Part shown: piece after piece, positions 46,948 through 58,751 of the stretch | Layout of the letters: each line of letters starts with the position of its first letter | Position numbering within the stretch: the stretch's first letter is position 1 | Origin: an uncultured Clostridia bacterium | GTDB taxonomy: Bacteria > Bacillota > Clostridia > TANB77 > CAG-508 | NCBI GenBank assembly: GCA_946529215.1 | Contig: CAMMZC010000003.1 | Coordinates: 3,976-67,975, forward strand | Reading direction: 5' to 3' | DNA: 64,000 nucleotides | The notes under the pieces: generated by a model | Databases searched by the model: none | The model's input: only the letters and a program-made list of their open reading frames with translations | Told to the model about the DNA's origin: nothing | Made by a program: the position numbers and the translations under genes

Positions 46948-48651
46948 TCAAATCGCCTTCATCACATCTTTTAAATTTATCTGCACACTATCTGTGCCGT
47001 TAAATGAATTTATTTCTAAACAACCTGCAATATCTACTTTATCTCCTATAATAAATTCATTTGCCATATACCCTAAATTAAATCCAATTGCATTAATATA
47101 AGTGTTATTATTACTTTTTAAAACAAGTTTAAGATGTTTTCCTTCTGTTAAAGACCTTATAGAATCTATCTTTAAATTCTTAAAAGCAAATATCGGTGTT
47201 TTATTTCCTTCACCTAACGGTTCAAGTAAATTCAAGCTTTCTACCATTTCTTTATCTATTTTATCTATATTTATTATGCAATCTATATTTATTGTTGGAT
47301 ATATATCTTCTATATTTGCTTCTTTTACAATTTTTTCAAATTTCTCTTTTAATTTAGGCAAATTTTCTTTTTTTATACTTAATCCAACAGCCATACTGTG
47401 GCCACCAAAGCCTTCTAATAATTCTTTACATTTTGTTAAAGATTCATGTAAATCAAATCCTGATATACTTCTTCCTGAACCTTTCCCTATATTTTCTCCA
47501 TTTTCAAAACATATAAGAAGACATGGTTTATAATATAAATCTGTTATCTTTGAAGCAACAATCCCTACAACTCCATGATGCCAATCATCTCCACCTAAAA
47601 CTATGCTATTTTCGTTTTCTAAATTGTTAGCTTCAATTTGTTTAATCGCATCATCATAAATTATTTTTTCATATTCTTGTCTATCATTATTGTATTTTGC
47701 AATATTTCTAGCTTTTTCTGAAGCTTCTCTCATATTACTGCATAAAAGTAAATCTAAAGCTTCATTTGCATGTCCCATTCTACCACAGGCATTAATTCTT
47801 GGAGCAATTCCAAATGAAATTGCAGTAGAATCTATTTTTCTGTAACCCGCTAAATTAAGAAGTGAAACAAGTCCACAATTTTTGGTTTGCTTAATAAGCA
47901 TCAAGCCAAGTTTTGTAATAACCCTATTTTCATCCTTTAAAGGCACTATGTCTGAAATCGTTCCCAGAGCCACTATATCTAAAAATTTCAAATATTCTTT
48001 TTCATCTAAATTAAGTTTTTGAGAAATTGCTTGGCATAATTTAAAAGCTACTCCAACTCCTGCAAGCTCTCTAAAAGGATATTTATTATCCTTTCTTTTA
48101 CAATCTACAACAGCAATAGCATTTGGAAGTTCTTCACCTGGCTCATGATGATCTGTTACAATTGTTTCTATTCCTAAACTTTTGGCATATTCAATTTCTT
48201 CTATCCCTGTTATTCCACAATCAACTGTTATCATAAGATTATAACCCTGCTCTGCTATTTTTTTTATTGCTTCTTTATTTAAGCCATATCCTTCATATAA
48301 TCTATTTGGAATATATTCATTTACTTCAATACCCAAATCCTTGAAAAAGCTTTTTAAAACAGTAATACTTGTAATTCCATCTACATCATAATCTCCAAAA
48401 ACTATAATTTTTTCTTTATTATCTATTGCCTCTAAAATTCTTTTTACAGCTTTTTCCATATCTGGCATTTCATAAGGATTATGAAAATCATATCTTGTTG
48501 GCTCTAAATATGTTTTTATATCTTTTATTTCTCTGTTTGCTAAAATAGTCGCAAGTAAACTATTTACATTATATTTTTCTTGTATATTTTTTATTTTTTC
48601 TTCGTTTATTTTATAATATTCCCATTTTGTTTTCATACTTTTTCCTTTCAT
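46948..48651 (-). CDS. recJ: Single-stranded-DNA-specific exonuclease RecJ
   Basis: 567 aa. DHH motifs (GDYDVDGITS, TVDCGIT, VTDHH) and DHHA1 domain. Confidence 0.9.
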   Translation of the reverse strand: MKGKSMKTKWEYYKINEEKIKNIQEKYNVNSLLATILANREIKDIKTYLEPTRYDFHNPYEMPDMEKAVKRILEAIDNKEKIIVFGDYDVDGITSITVLKSFFKDLGIEVNEYIPNRLYEGYGLNKEAIKKIAEQGYNLMITVDCGITGIEEIEYAKSLGIETIVTDHHEPGEELPNAIAVVDCKRKDNKYPFRELAGVGVAFKLCQAISQKLNLDEKEYLKFLDIVALGTISDIVPLKDENRVITKLGLMLIKQTKNCGLVSLLNLAGYRKIDSTAISFGIAPRINACGRMGHANEALDLLLCSNMREASEKARNIAKYNNDRQEYEKIIYDDAIKQIEANNLENENSIVLGGDDWHHGVVGIVASKITDLYYKPCLLICFENGENIGKGSGRSISGFDLHESLTKCKELLEGFGGHSMAVGLSIKKENLPKLKEKFEKIVKEANIEDIYPTINIDCIINIDKIDKEMVESLNLLEPLGEGNKTPIFAFKNLKIDSIRSLTEGKHLKLVLKSNNNTYINAIGFNLGYMANEFIIGDKVDIAGCLEINSFNGTDSVQINLKDVMKAI

Positions 48652-48786
48652 TATAACTACTTATCTGTATTTTACTACACACATAATAAAAATGCAAGGA
48701 GAATAAAAAAAAGTTGCAAATTTCTTTGCAACTTGTTTAAATATAACAGAAAAGCCATACTCACTTTTCTGTTACGTAAAATACGA

Positions 48787-50328
48787 TTATTTAGCATAAT
48801 CAACTATTCTTTTTTCTCTAATAACATTAACCTTAATTTGTCCTGGATATTCCATTTCATCTTCAATTCTCTTTGAAACATCTCTTGCTAAAACAGTCAT
48901 TTGGTCATCATTTATTTTATCAGGTTTAACTATGATTCTAACTTCACGACCTGCTTGAATAGCAAATGATTTTTCAACTCCTTCAAATGAATCAGCAATT
49001 GCTTCTAAGCTTTCTAATCTTTTTATGTAAGCTTCTAATGTTTCGCGTCTTGCTCCAGGTCTTGATGCTGAAATTGCATCTGCAGCTTGAACTAAAACAG
49101 CTTCCATTGTTTGTGGCTCCACATCACCATGATGTGCTTCAACTGCATTTATAATAAGTGGATTTTCTTTATATTTTTTTAGAACATCTACACCTATCTG
49201 TACATGAGTTCCTTCCATATCGTGATCTAGAGCTTTTCCAATGTCATGAAGTAATCCTGCTCTTCTTGCTCTTTTGGCATCTAAGCCAAGTTCTTCTGCC
49301 ATAATTCTTGCTAAATTTGATACCTCTATAGAATGGCTTAAAACATTTTGCCCATAACTTGTCCTATATTTAAGTTTACCTAGTAATTTTATAATATCTG
49401 GATGTAAGTTATTAACTCCTGTCTCTAAAGCTGCTCTTTCACCCTCATCTTTTATAATTTGACTTAGTTCTTCTTTTGCTTTTTCTACCATCTCTTCAAT
49501 TTTTGCTGGATGAATTCTTCCATCATCAATTAATTTTTGAAGAGCAATTCTTGCAACTTCTCTTCTTAGTGGATCAAATCCTGATAAGATAACTGCTTCA
49601 GGTGTATCATCTATTATTAAATCTATTCCTGTAAGAGTTTCTAATGCTTTAATATTTCTTCCTTCTCTACCAATTATTCTTCCTTTCATATCATCACTTG
49701 GAAGGTTAACAATTGAAACTGTAGTTTCTGAAGTATGATCTGCAGCACATTTTTGTACGGCATAAGTTATAATCTCCTTAGCATTTTTATTAGATTCTTC
49801 TTTTGCTTTTTGATTTAAGTCTCTAATAATTTTAGCTTTTTCCGTGCTGATTTCCTTTTCTACTTGTGCTAATAAGAAGTTTTTAGCTTCTTCTTTACTT
49901 AAACTAGCAATTCTCTGTAATTCTTGGGATTGCTTCTCAATTAATTCATTTGCTTCCTTTTTTTGAAGTTCAATGTTTTCATACTCTTTGTCTAAGTCTT
50001 TTTCTTTTTTTTCTAAGTTGTCTGAACGTCTGTCCAAATTTTCTTCTTTTTGAATCATTCTTGATTCTTGTTTTTGTACTTCGCTTCTTCTTTCTTTAAT
50101 CTCTTTATCTAATTCATTTCTATCTTTCATTATTTCTTCTTTTGCTTTAATGATTTCTTCTTTTTTCATATTTTCTGCTTCAATTTTAGCTAAATCAACT
50201 AGTCTCTTTGCTTCTTGTTCAGCTCCTTGAATTTTAGATTCAGCAATTTTCTTTCTTAAGAACATTCCTATAAAAATTCCAATTGCTATTGAGATTAAGA
50301 AAGTTGCGATTATGACTATTGGATTCAT
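48787..50328 (-). CDS. rny: Ribonuclease Y
   Basis: N-terminal TM helix, coiled coil, KH and HD domains (GLLHDIGK). Start at ATG 50328 with RBS AGAGGTG 7 nt upstream; the track's upstream extension was rejected. Confidence 0.9.
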   Translation of the reverse strand: MNPIVIIATFLISIAIGIFIGMFLRKKIAESKIQGAEQEAKRLVDLAKIEAENMKKEEIIKAKEEIMKDRNELDKEIKERRSEVQKQESRMIQKEENLDRRSDNLEKKEKDLDKEYENIELQKKEANELIEKQSQELQRIASLSKEEAKNFLLAQVEKEISTEKAKIIRDLNQKAKEESNKNAKEIITYAVQKCAADHTSETTVSIVNLPSDDMKGRIIGREGRNIKALETLTGIDLIIDDTPEAVILSGFDPLRREVARIALQKLIDDGRIHPAKIEEMVEKAKEELSQIIKDEGERAALETGVNNLHPDIIKLLGKLKYRTSYGQNVLSHSIEVSNLARIMAEELGLDAKRARRAGLLHDIGKALDHDMEGTHVQIGVDVLKKYKENPLIINAVEAHHGDVEPQTMEAVLVQAADAISASRPGARRETLEAYIKRLESLEAIADSFEGVEKSFAIQAGREVRIIVKPDKINDDQMTVLARDVSKRIEDEMEYPGQIKVNVIREKRIVDYAK

Positions 50329-50616
50329 AATCATACACCTCTTTCTTATTAAATTTTCAATGTGCAAATAAATATATATATAAGATTTCGGAACATAGTT
50401 TAAATTTTGAAGAATAAATTTTAATTATGTTCCAATTTATTCTTTTATTAAATATATTTCTCTACCCTTATAGTATATAAAAATTTTGGTGAACTGTCAA
50501 GAGAAAAATGTAAAAAAATACTGCAACATTTAAATTGCAGTACTTTTATTTTGTTTAAGTGCATAAATTTCTGCACATTGGTTTTTATACTAACATTACA
50601 TTTATACTTTAGTCTG

Positions 50617-51318
50617 TTACTTTGCTTCTTTTTCTTTATTTAAAAATTTATATGTAAATGCTGCTAATGCAGAACCTACAAATGGAGCCACTATAAATAC
50701 CCAAACTTGCTTAATAGCTTCAGTTTTACCTACTATAGCCATTACTGCTGCTGGTGCTAAACTTCTTGCTGGATTAACAGATGTTCCTGTTAAAGCAATT
50801 CCAAGAATATGTACAAATGCTAACGTAAGTCCAATTACAATTCCAGCAACTGATGACTTTTTCTCATCTGAAGTAACTCCAATTATTGTATAAATGAATA
50901 CAAATGTTAAAACTACTTCAACAGCAAGTGCTGCCCACATTGAAATTCCAAGTGATGAATTTGTTCCAAATCCATTTGTTCCAAGTCCTATAGCTTGAAT
51001 TCCTCCAGCTTGTGCAACTGCTTCAGATTGACTTAAGATAAAGAAAAGGATTCCTGTTCCTATAAATGCACCTACTACTTGTGCTAAAACATAAAATAAA
51101 AATTCTGTAACAGTAATTTTTTTGTTAATTAGCATAGCAAGTGATACAGCTGGGTTTACATGACATCCTGATACATTACCTATTACATAAGCCATTGCAA
51201 CAATTGAAAGTCCAAATGCTAAAGCTATAGCTACTGTGTTTCCTGTAATTACAGCTGTTCCACATCCAAACAATACTAATACGGCTGTTCCGATTGCCTC
51301 ACAAAAATACTTTTTCAT
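50617..51318 (-). CDS. MIP-family aquaporin / glycerol facilitator
   Basis: 233 aa, six TM helices with two NPA motifs (HVNPAVS, SVNPARS). Confidence 0.85.
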   Translation of the reverse strand: MKKYFCEAIGTAVLVLFGCGTAVITGNTVAIALAFGLSIVAMAYVIGNVSGCHVNPAVSLAMLINKKITVTEFLFYVLAQVVGAFIGTGILFFILSQSEAVAQAGGIQAIGLGTNGFGTNSSLGISMWAALAVEVVLTFVFIYTIIGVTSDEKKSSVAGIVIGLTLAFVHILGIALTGTSVNPARSLAPAAVMAIVGKTEAIKQVWVFIVAPFVGSALAAFTYKFLNKEKEAK

Positions 51319-51463
51319 AAATTTTTCCTCCTTTAAAAAATCTGAATTTATTATATTATTTTTTTCATTTTAAGTCAATACATTTTTTTAGTTTTTTATT
51401 TATTGTAGTTACTGGTTAACGATTTTAAAAAAAAATTAAAGTAATTCGATTTTAGTATATATT

Positions 51464-51669
51464 TTTTTGAAAAAATTTCGACGCACCCCTTTTTTTGGCT
51501 ATAACGTGAGGATTAGCTGTAATCCATTTTAAGCACATTGCAAGTCTTTAAAAAGCAGTTTCTTAATAAAATAAGTTTATTTTTAATCTTCGTAAGATAT
51601 AAATACACATTTATAGTATGTTTCATATTCTTAATTTAGTCGAGATTTTTGCGTACAAATTTTTCAAAA
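51464..51669. repeat. Repeat family A copy 2 (about 206 bp with terminal inverted repeats)
   Basis: Arms tttttgaaaaaatttcgacgca (51464..51485) and tgcgtacaaatttttcaaaa (51650..51669). 5' core cgacgcacccctttttttggc...gaggattagctgtaatcc is shared with copy 1. Confidence 0.6.
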
Positions 51670-51717
51670 TCAATATAATATAATCACAAAATATTACTTT
51701 CTAATCTATTAATAAAT

Positions 51718-52377
51718 TTATAACTTTAATTCGTCAATTATTTGCCTATAATCTTTCGCCATAATAATCGCAGTACCTGCAACTAAAACATTTGCACCTG
51801 CGTTTTTTACAGCTTCACAAGTTTTTAAATTTATTCCCCCATCTGCTTCTATATCTATTTCCAAATTATTTTCATCAACATATTTTTTTAAAGTCGCTAT
51901 TTTATCAACCATATCAGAAAGCAAAGTTTGCCCACCTTTTCCAGGCTCAACAGTCATAACCAAACATGTATGAATATATGGCAAATATTTATAAACTTCT
52001 TCTATTGGAGTAGCTGGTTTTACAGATATTCCTACTTTACTATTATTCTGTTTTATTAAATTTATGCATTCAAAAACTTCTTTTTCATTTTTGCATGCCT
52101 CTAAATGAAATGTTATAATATTTGGCTCAACACTTGAAAAATCATCTATTCCTTTTTTTACATCTTCAACCATTAAATGCACATCTATTGGTAAATTTGA
52201 AATTCTTTTTATATATGAACTCACTTCTAACATATCATTATATGTATTATTTTTTACAAACTTTCCATCCATCACATCTATATGAAAATAATCTGTTTTT
52301 GCTTTTTCAAGCGCAAATATTGTTTCAGATTCTTTTCCTTTTATCATATTTAAAATTGAAGTTGATATTTCTGTCAT
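51718..52377 (-). CDS. rpe: Ribulose-phosphate 3-epimerase
   Basis: ILNMIKG..HIDVMDGKFVKN..DVHLMV motifs. Start taken at ATG 52377 (219 aa); the longer track ORF starts upstream. Confidence 0.8.
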   Translation of the reverse strand: MTEISTSILNMIKGKESETIFALEKAKTDYFHIDVMDGKFVKNNTYNDMLEVSSYIKRISNLPIDVHLMVEDVKKGIDDFSSVEPNIITFHLEACKNEKEVFECINLIKQNNSKVGISVKPATPIEEVYKYLPYIHTCLVMTVEPGKGGQTLLSDMVDKIATLKKYVDENNLEIDIEADGGINLKTCEAVKNAGANVLVAGTAIIMAKDYRQIIDELKL

Positions 52378-52605
52378 TTTTATTAACATCCTTTCAAACA
52401 AGACACCACACTTATTGAAAAAATAAAATATACATTTATTTTTCAACTTTGTCTCCTCTTTTTTGTATTATATATCTTTTTACTTGTTTATGCAAGTAAA
52501 AATTATTAATTCTTTGAATCCTTGAAATTTCGCAATACAAAGTGAAAACAAATATTTTATTTTCACAAGAAAAACAGCCTTGCAAAGCAAAGCCATTTTT
52601 ATATA

Positions 52606-53937
<1,332 letters not shown>

Positions 53938-53945
53938 TTATATAG

Positions 53946-54043
53946 GAAAAATCGTCAGATTTTTGTGTATATAAAAAGACAAAGTTTCCTATATTTGCGC
54001 GATTGCTTTGCAATCTGCGCAGTGGCGAAGCCACTTTTCTTAT
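53946..54043. repeat. Repeat family C copy 1: conserved promoter-proximal module upstream of eno
   Basis: aaaaatcgtcagatttttgtgtatataaaaagacaaagtttcctatatttgcgcgattgctttgcaatctgcgc...ccacttttcttat matches 61066..61162 upstream of gap at about 85% identity. Contains the palindromes AAAAATC-n4-GATTTTT and gattgc-ttt-gcaatc. Confidence 0.6.
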
Positions 54044-54249
54044 ATTTTAATGAATATATAAGTATTTTAAGAAGTAATCTTAGTTAACTAAATAGCTTAA
54101 AAATTCTTAATAATTTTGCAAGGGAATCTAAAAACAAATTTTTTTAGGGTGCTTGTAAAATTAATTAGAATTTTTAGCGTTAAATGAAAGTTACCTAAGA
54201 TTATTCGAAAAATACATATATATTCATTTAATTCACAAAATTAAATACA

Positions 54250-55008
54250 TTAATTATCTAAAATCTGATTTTTAGACGTTTTCTCTTTTTCTACCTCTTC
54301 ATGCATTTCCTCTTTTGTATGTTTATTTTTATCTTTGTTATAAACTACATTGCTAAAAATTTTACTTTTTATAGTACTTGCTTTACTAATAAGTTCATCT
54401 TTTTCATACATAACAAAATCACGAGCAGCAATATCTTCTTTACCAAACCCTATATTATGATTTTCTGTTTTAACATATAATCCTGTTTCATATAATTCTT
54501 TTTTTTGCTCATCATTACTGTTAAAATAGCTTTCAAGAATTTTTCTTTCTTCTTTGCTGTCTCCCCCTATTTTTAGATATTTATATTTCCAAATAATATT
54601 TCTTTCAAATACATCTTGTTCTGTATTAGGTAAAGTATCATATCTATATTCTATTCTAAATTTTAAATTTGCAATAGAAATGCTTAAATTTGTCCAAACT
54701 TCTTGGTCTGTATCTATAAAATCTTGTCTTAAACTCTTTATACATTTAAATAGTTCTTCTACAATTTTCAAGTATTGTTCTTCGTTTATATTAAACCTTC
54801 TAGGAACTTCATAAACATTAATATATTTTTTCTTTAAAATTCCTTTTGGCAAATAATAGAAAAACATTTCTCCTGACCCAGAGTTTTCCTCTTCTTTATA
54901 AACAGATGCATACAAATATATTTCTTCCCATTTTTCAGGTATAAGAGTAAATATATAATTTTGAATTTGTTCATATTTTTCTTTCATTGTTTTCGTAGTT
55001 CTTAACAT
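54250..55008 (-). CDS. YezG/DUF600-family immunity protein homolog with C-terminal extension
   Basis: Residues about 10-165 match the YezG pattern (LIPEKWEEIYLYASV...MFFYYLP...WKYKYLKIGGDSKEERKILESYF). RBS AAAAGGAA lies inside the gpmI 3' end; the start is 4 nt after the gpmI stop. Confidence 0.6.
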   Translation of the reverse strand: MLRTTKTMKEKYEQIQNYIFTLIPEKWEEIYLYASVYKEEENSGSGEMFFYYLPKGILKKKYINVYEVPRRFNINEEQYLKIVEELFKCIKSLRQDFIDTDQEVWTNLSISIANLKFRIEYRYDTLPNTEQDVFERNIIWKYKYLKIGGDSKEERKILESYFNSNDEQKKELYETGLYVKTENHNIGFGKEDIAARDFVMYEKDELISKASTIKSKIFSNVVYNKDKNKHTKEEMHEEVEKEKTSKNQILDN

Positions 55009-55012
55009 TTAT

Positions 55013-56560
55013 TTATTCCTTTTCTAATAGAGTTTCGCCTGTCATTTCCTTAGGCTGATCAATATTCATCAAATCTAATATAGTAGGTGCTAAATCCGCA
55101 AGTTTTCCTTCAGATTTTAGCTTTATATTTTGATTTTCAGATACTACAATCATTGGAACCAGATTTGTTGTATGTGCAGTATGTGGTTCTCCTGTTGCAT
55201 AATCTATCATTTGTTCACAATTTCCATGGTCTGCTGTAATTATTAAATTACCATGCATTTCATTTATTGCCTTTACAACTTTTCCAAGACATTCGTCTAC
55301 CGCTTCTACAGCTTTTATAGCTGCTTCTAAGCTTCCTGTATGACCTACCATATCTGGATTTGCATAATTTAAAATTATACAATCATATTTTCCACTTAAA
55401 ATTGCTTCTACAACTTTTTCTGTAACTTCATATGCACTCATTTCTGGTTGTAAATCATAAGTTTCTACTTTAGGAGATGGAATCAAAATTCTATCTTCTC
55501 CTTTGTATTGCTTTTCCTCGCCACCATTAAAGAAAAATGTAACATGAGCATATTTTTCTGTTTCTGCGATTCGAAGTTGTGTTAATCCTCTATTACTAAG
55601 TACTTCTCCTAATGTATTTTTGATTTGCTCCTTTTTAAATGCTATATGAACATTTGGCATAGTTTCATCATAAGATGTAAAACATACAAAATATGTGTTT
55701 ATTTTTTTTGTTTCAAATTCGTTAAAATCTTTATCAACAATTGCTCTTGTTATTTCTCTTGCTCTATCAGGTCTAAAGTTAAAGAATATAACAGAATCAT
55801 TTTCCTCTATTTTAGCAATTGGAGTTTCCCCATCTGCTGAAGTAATTACAGTTGGTTCAACAAATTCATCAAAAACTTCTTTTTGATAAGAATTTTCGAT
55901 TGCATTTATAACATTAGCAGATTTTATACCTTCACCATTAACTAGTGCATCATAAGCTTTTTTTACTCTTTCCCATCTTTTGTCTCTATCCATACTATAA
56001 AATCTTCCAGAAATTGAAGCTATTTTTCCAATTTCTTTTTCTTTCATTTTCTCTTGTAATTCTATAATATAGTTTTCTGCAGAAGCAGGTGGTGTATCTC
56101 TTCCATCTAAAAAGCAATGTACATAAACATTTTCAAAATCTCTTCTTTTAGCCATTTCTAAAAGACCATATAAATGTCTATTATGGCTATGAACTCCTCC
56201 GTCTGAAAGAAGTCCTAAAATATGTAATTTTGAATTATGTTTTTTACAATTCTCTATAGCATTGATAAATTCTTCATTTGAGAAAAAATCCCCATCTTCT
56301 ATAGATTTTGTTATTCTTGTTAATTCTTGATATACAATTCTTCCTGCACCTATATTTGTATGACCAACTTCAGAATTACCCATTTGTCCTTCTGGCAAAC
56401 CAACAGCTAACCCACTTGGCTTTATTTTTGTTGTTGGATACTTTTTCATAAGTGAATCAATATTAGGTGTATTCGATAATTTAACCGCATTTCCTTCTTC
56501 TTGCTCATTTATACCAAATCCATCTAATATCATTAGCATTGTTACTTTTTTTGGTTCCAT
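55013..56560 (-). CDS. gpmI: 2,3-bisphosphoglycerate-independent phosphoglycerate mutase
   Basis: MEPKKVTMLMILDGFGI... is iPGM. Start at ATG 56560 with RBS GGAGG; the track's N-terminal extension was rejected. Confidence 0.9.
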   Translation of the reverse strand: MEPKKVTMLMILDGFGINEQEEGNAVKLSNTPNIDSLMKKYPTTKIKPSGLAVGLPEGQMGNSEVGHTNIGAGRIVYQELTRITKSIEDGDFFSNEEFINAIENCKKHNSKLHILGLLSDGGVHSHNRHLYGLLEMAKRRDFENVYVHCFLDGRDTPPASAENYIIELQEKMKEKEIGKIASISGRFYSMDRDKRWERVKKAYDALVNGEGIKSANVINAIENSYQKEVFDEFVEPTVITSADGETPIAKIEENDSVIFFNFRPDRAREITRAIVDKDFNEFETKKINTYFVCFTSYDETMPNVHIAFKKEQIKNTLGEVLSNRGLTQLRIAETEKYAHVTFFFNGGEEKQYKGEDRILIPSPKVETYDLQPEMSAYEVTEKVVEAILSGKYDCIILNYANPDMVGHTGSLEAAIKAVEAVDECLGKVVKAINEMHGNLIITADHGNCEQMIDYATGEPHTAHTTNLVPMIVVSENQNIKLKSEGKLADLAPTILDLMNIDQPKEMTGETLLEKE

Positions 56561-56697
56561 TTTTTTTCCTCCATTTGTTTCTTTTTTTGGAAAAGAATTG
56601 GTCTTTTGGCTAGAAAAATTTATTTTCAAAAGAGAATGACGCATATATTTTGTATGTAACCGCGTTTTAAATAAATTTAAAAGACACCAAAAATCAA

Positions 56698-57450
56698 TTA
56701 TTTTTCAAAATTTACTATAGCAGAAAAATCATCAGCTTTAAGACTTGCTCCTCCAATAAGTCCTCCATCTATATCTGACATTTCAAGTAATTCTTTTGCA
56801 TTACTTGGCTTCATACTTCCGCCGTATTGTATTATAACTCTTTCTGACACATTTTGTCCATAGATTTCGCAAATTTTTTCACGAATTTTTTTAATTGCTT
56901 CATTTGCATCTTCTTTAGTTGCTGTTTTTCCTGTTCCAATTGCCCATATTGGCTCATATGCAATTATAGTATTTGCAACCTGTTCGTTACTTAGTCCATC
57001 TAAAGCTTTTTGAGTCTGAGAAGTAATTACTTCAAAAGCACTTCCTGCTTCTCTTTGCTCTAAAGTTTCTCCAACACATACAATTGGTTTTAATTCATTT
57101 GCAAATGCAGCTTTTATCTTTTTATTTACTGTTTCATCTGTCTCATTAAAATATTGTCTTCTTTCAGAGTGACCTATTATCACATATTCTACTCCAATAG
57201 ATTTTAGCATTTTTCCAGAAACCTCTCCAGTAAAAGCTCCTTTTTCTTCAAAATGCATATTTTGTGCACCAATTTTTATATTAGTTCCTTGAGCTATGTT
57301 TAAACAATAAAATAAATCAGTATACGGAACGCATAAAATGACTTCATTTTCAGTATCTTTTACTAATGGCTCTAGTTCTGTTATCATTGCCATTGCTTCA
57401 TTTGGAAGCATATTCATTTTCCAATTTCCAGCTATCACTTTTCTTCTCAT
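56698..57450 (-). CDS. tpiA: Triosephosphate isomerase
   Basis: MRRKVIAGNWKMN... Start at ATG 57450 with RBS AAAGGAGG 9 nt upstream. Confidence 0.9.
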   Translation of the reverse strand: MRRKVIAGNWKMNMLPNEAMAMITELEPLVKDTENEVILCVPYTDLFYCLNIAQGTNIKIGAQNMHFEEKGAFTGEVSGKMLKSIGVEYVIIGHSERRQYFNETDETVNKKIKAAFANELKPIVCVGETLEQREAGSAFEVITSQTQKALDGLSNEQVANTIIAYEPIWAIGTGKTATKEDANEAIKKIREKICEIYGQNVSERVIIQYGGSMKPSNAKELLEMSDIDGGLIGGASLKADDFSAIVNFEK

Positions 57451-57467
57451 TATTATAAACCTCCTTT

Positions 57468-57803
57468 TTAACATTTTTTATTATGTTTATATTCTCTATG
57501 CCTATTATATTGCATTTTCTCTTCAATTATTTTATCTAAATCAATATTATATGCTCCGCAAAAATCACATATTCTAATTATAACATCTGCAAATACTGAA
57601 GGTATACCACAAGGCTTATCTCCATTTTCATAATATGTTTCATTAAAGTCCTTTCCATGTCTATATTCTTCAAATGCTTCAGATAATTCTGTGTGCATTA
57701 ATGCAATTACTTCTCCAAAATCTCTTTCTTTTTCCCAAAAACCATGTTTCTTTGAATTTTCGAAAGCTTCTTTAGATATATCATTTAATGATTTCATAAT
57801 CAC
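57468..57803 (-). CDS. MazG-like nucleotide pyrophosphohydrolase (small, all-alpha)
   Basis: 111 aa. KHGFWE...ALMHTELSEAFEEYR...FADVIIRICDF matches the small MazG/NTP-PPase family. Confidence 0.65.
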   Translation of the reverse strand: MIMKSLNDISKEAFENSKKHGFWEKERDFGEVIALMHTELSEAFEEYRHGKDFNETYYENGDKPCGIPSVFADVIIRICDFCGAYNIDLDKIIEEKMQYNRHREYKHNKKC

Positions 57804-58645
57804 ACCTCTTCTAATTTATTTTTTACCCTTATAATATCTTCTTTTGGAGTTGATGCTCCTGCCATTATTCCAATTGTTTTTATATCTTTCATTTTTTTTA
57901 TATCTAATTCATTTTCATCAGCTATAAATAAAACTTTATCACAATATTTACATGATATTTCATATAATTTATTTGTATTTGAGCTTCTCTTGTCACCTAT
58001 TATTACCATCATTTCAACTTTTTTTGCTATTTCTTTAGTTTCTTTTTGTCTAATTTCAGTTGATGGACAAATTGTTTTTTTAATTTCTAAATGAACATTA
58101 TTTTTTAACTGTCTTTTTAATTCCTCTGCAATTTCATCAAATTTTATTGAACTATGTGTTGTTTGAGAAATTAATAAAATATTTTTTTCATTTTGAATTT
58201 TTTTTAATACTTTATTTATTTCCTCTTTATTAGCTATAACTGCATATTTAGTCCCCGCTCTACTTTTTATTCCTATTATTTCCGGATGTTTATTATCACC
58301 AACTATAATTATAAAAAAGTCTTTTTTTGAATAATCTTCTACCATCTGTTGAATTTTTAAAACACTTGGACAAGTTAAGTCTATAAGTGCAATATTGCTT
58401 TTTCTTGCTTTTTCATATACATCTTTTGGTACGCCATGAGCCCTTATTATTGTTTTGCCTTTTGCTTGTTCTATATTATTAATAAATATTACTCCTGCTT
58501 TTTCTAACTTTTCTATCACATTTTGATTATGAACTATTTCACCTAAGCAATATGTTACACCAATTCTAGCTTCTTTTATTGCATTATCTACTGCTCTTTT
58601 AACTCCGTAGCAAAAACCTGCATTTTCACCTATTATTATCTCCAT
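57800..58645 (-). CDS. ispH: 4-hydroxy-3-methylbut-2-enyl diphosphate reductase
   Basis: 281 aa. NAGFCYGVKRAV, VHN, and the three-Cys layout of IspH/LytB. A 4-nt overlap with the downstream mazG-like gene. Confidence 0.82.
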   Translation of the reverse strand: MEIIIGENAGFCYGVKRAVDNAIKEARIGVTYCLGEIVHNQNVIEKLEKAGVIFINNIEQAKGKTIIRAHGVPKDVYEKARKSNIALIDLTCPSVLKIQQMVEDYSKKDFFIIIVGDNKHPEIIGIKSRAGTKYAVIANKEEINKVLKKIQNEKNILLISQTTHSSIKFDEIAEELKRQLKNNVHLEIKKTICPSTEIRQKETKEIAKKVEMMVIIGDKRSSNTNKLYEISCKYCDKVLFIADENELDIKKMKDIKTIGIMAGASTPKEDIIRVKNKLEEV

Positions 58646-58751
58646 TTTCTATCATTCCTTATTATAGCATTTTCATTGCTTCTTCTTCTAGAAAATCTAC
58701 TATGCCTTCTTGCGGATTTTTTTATTTTGCTATTTAAACAATATTAATTCG

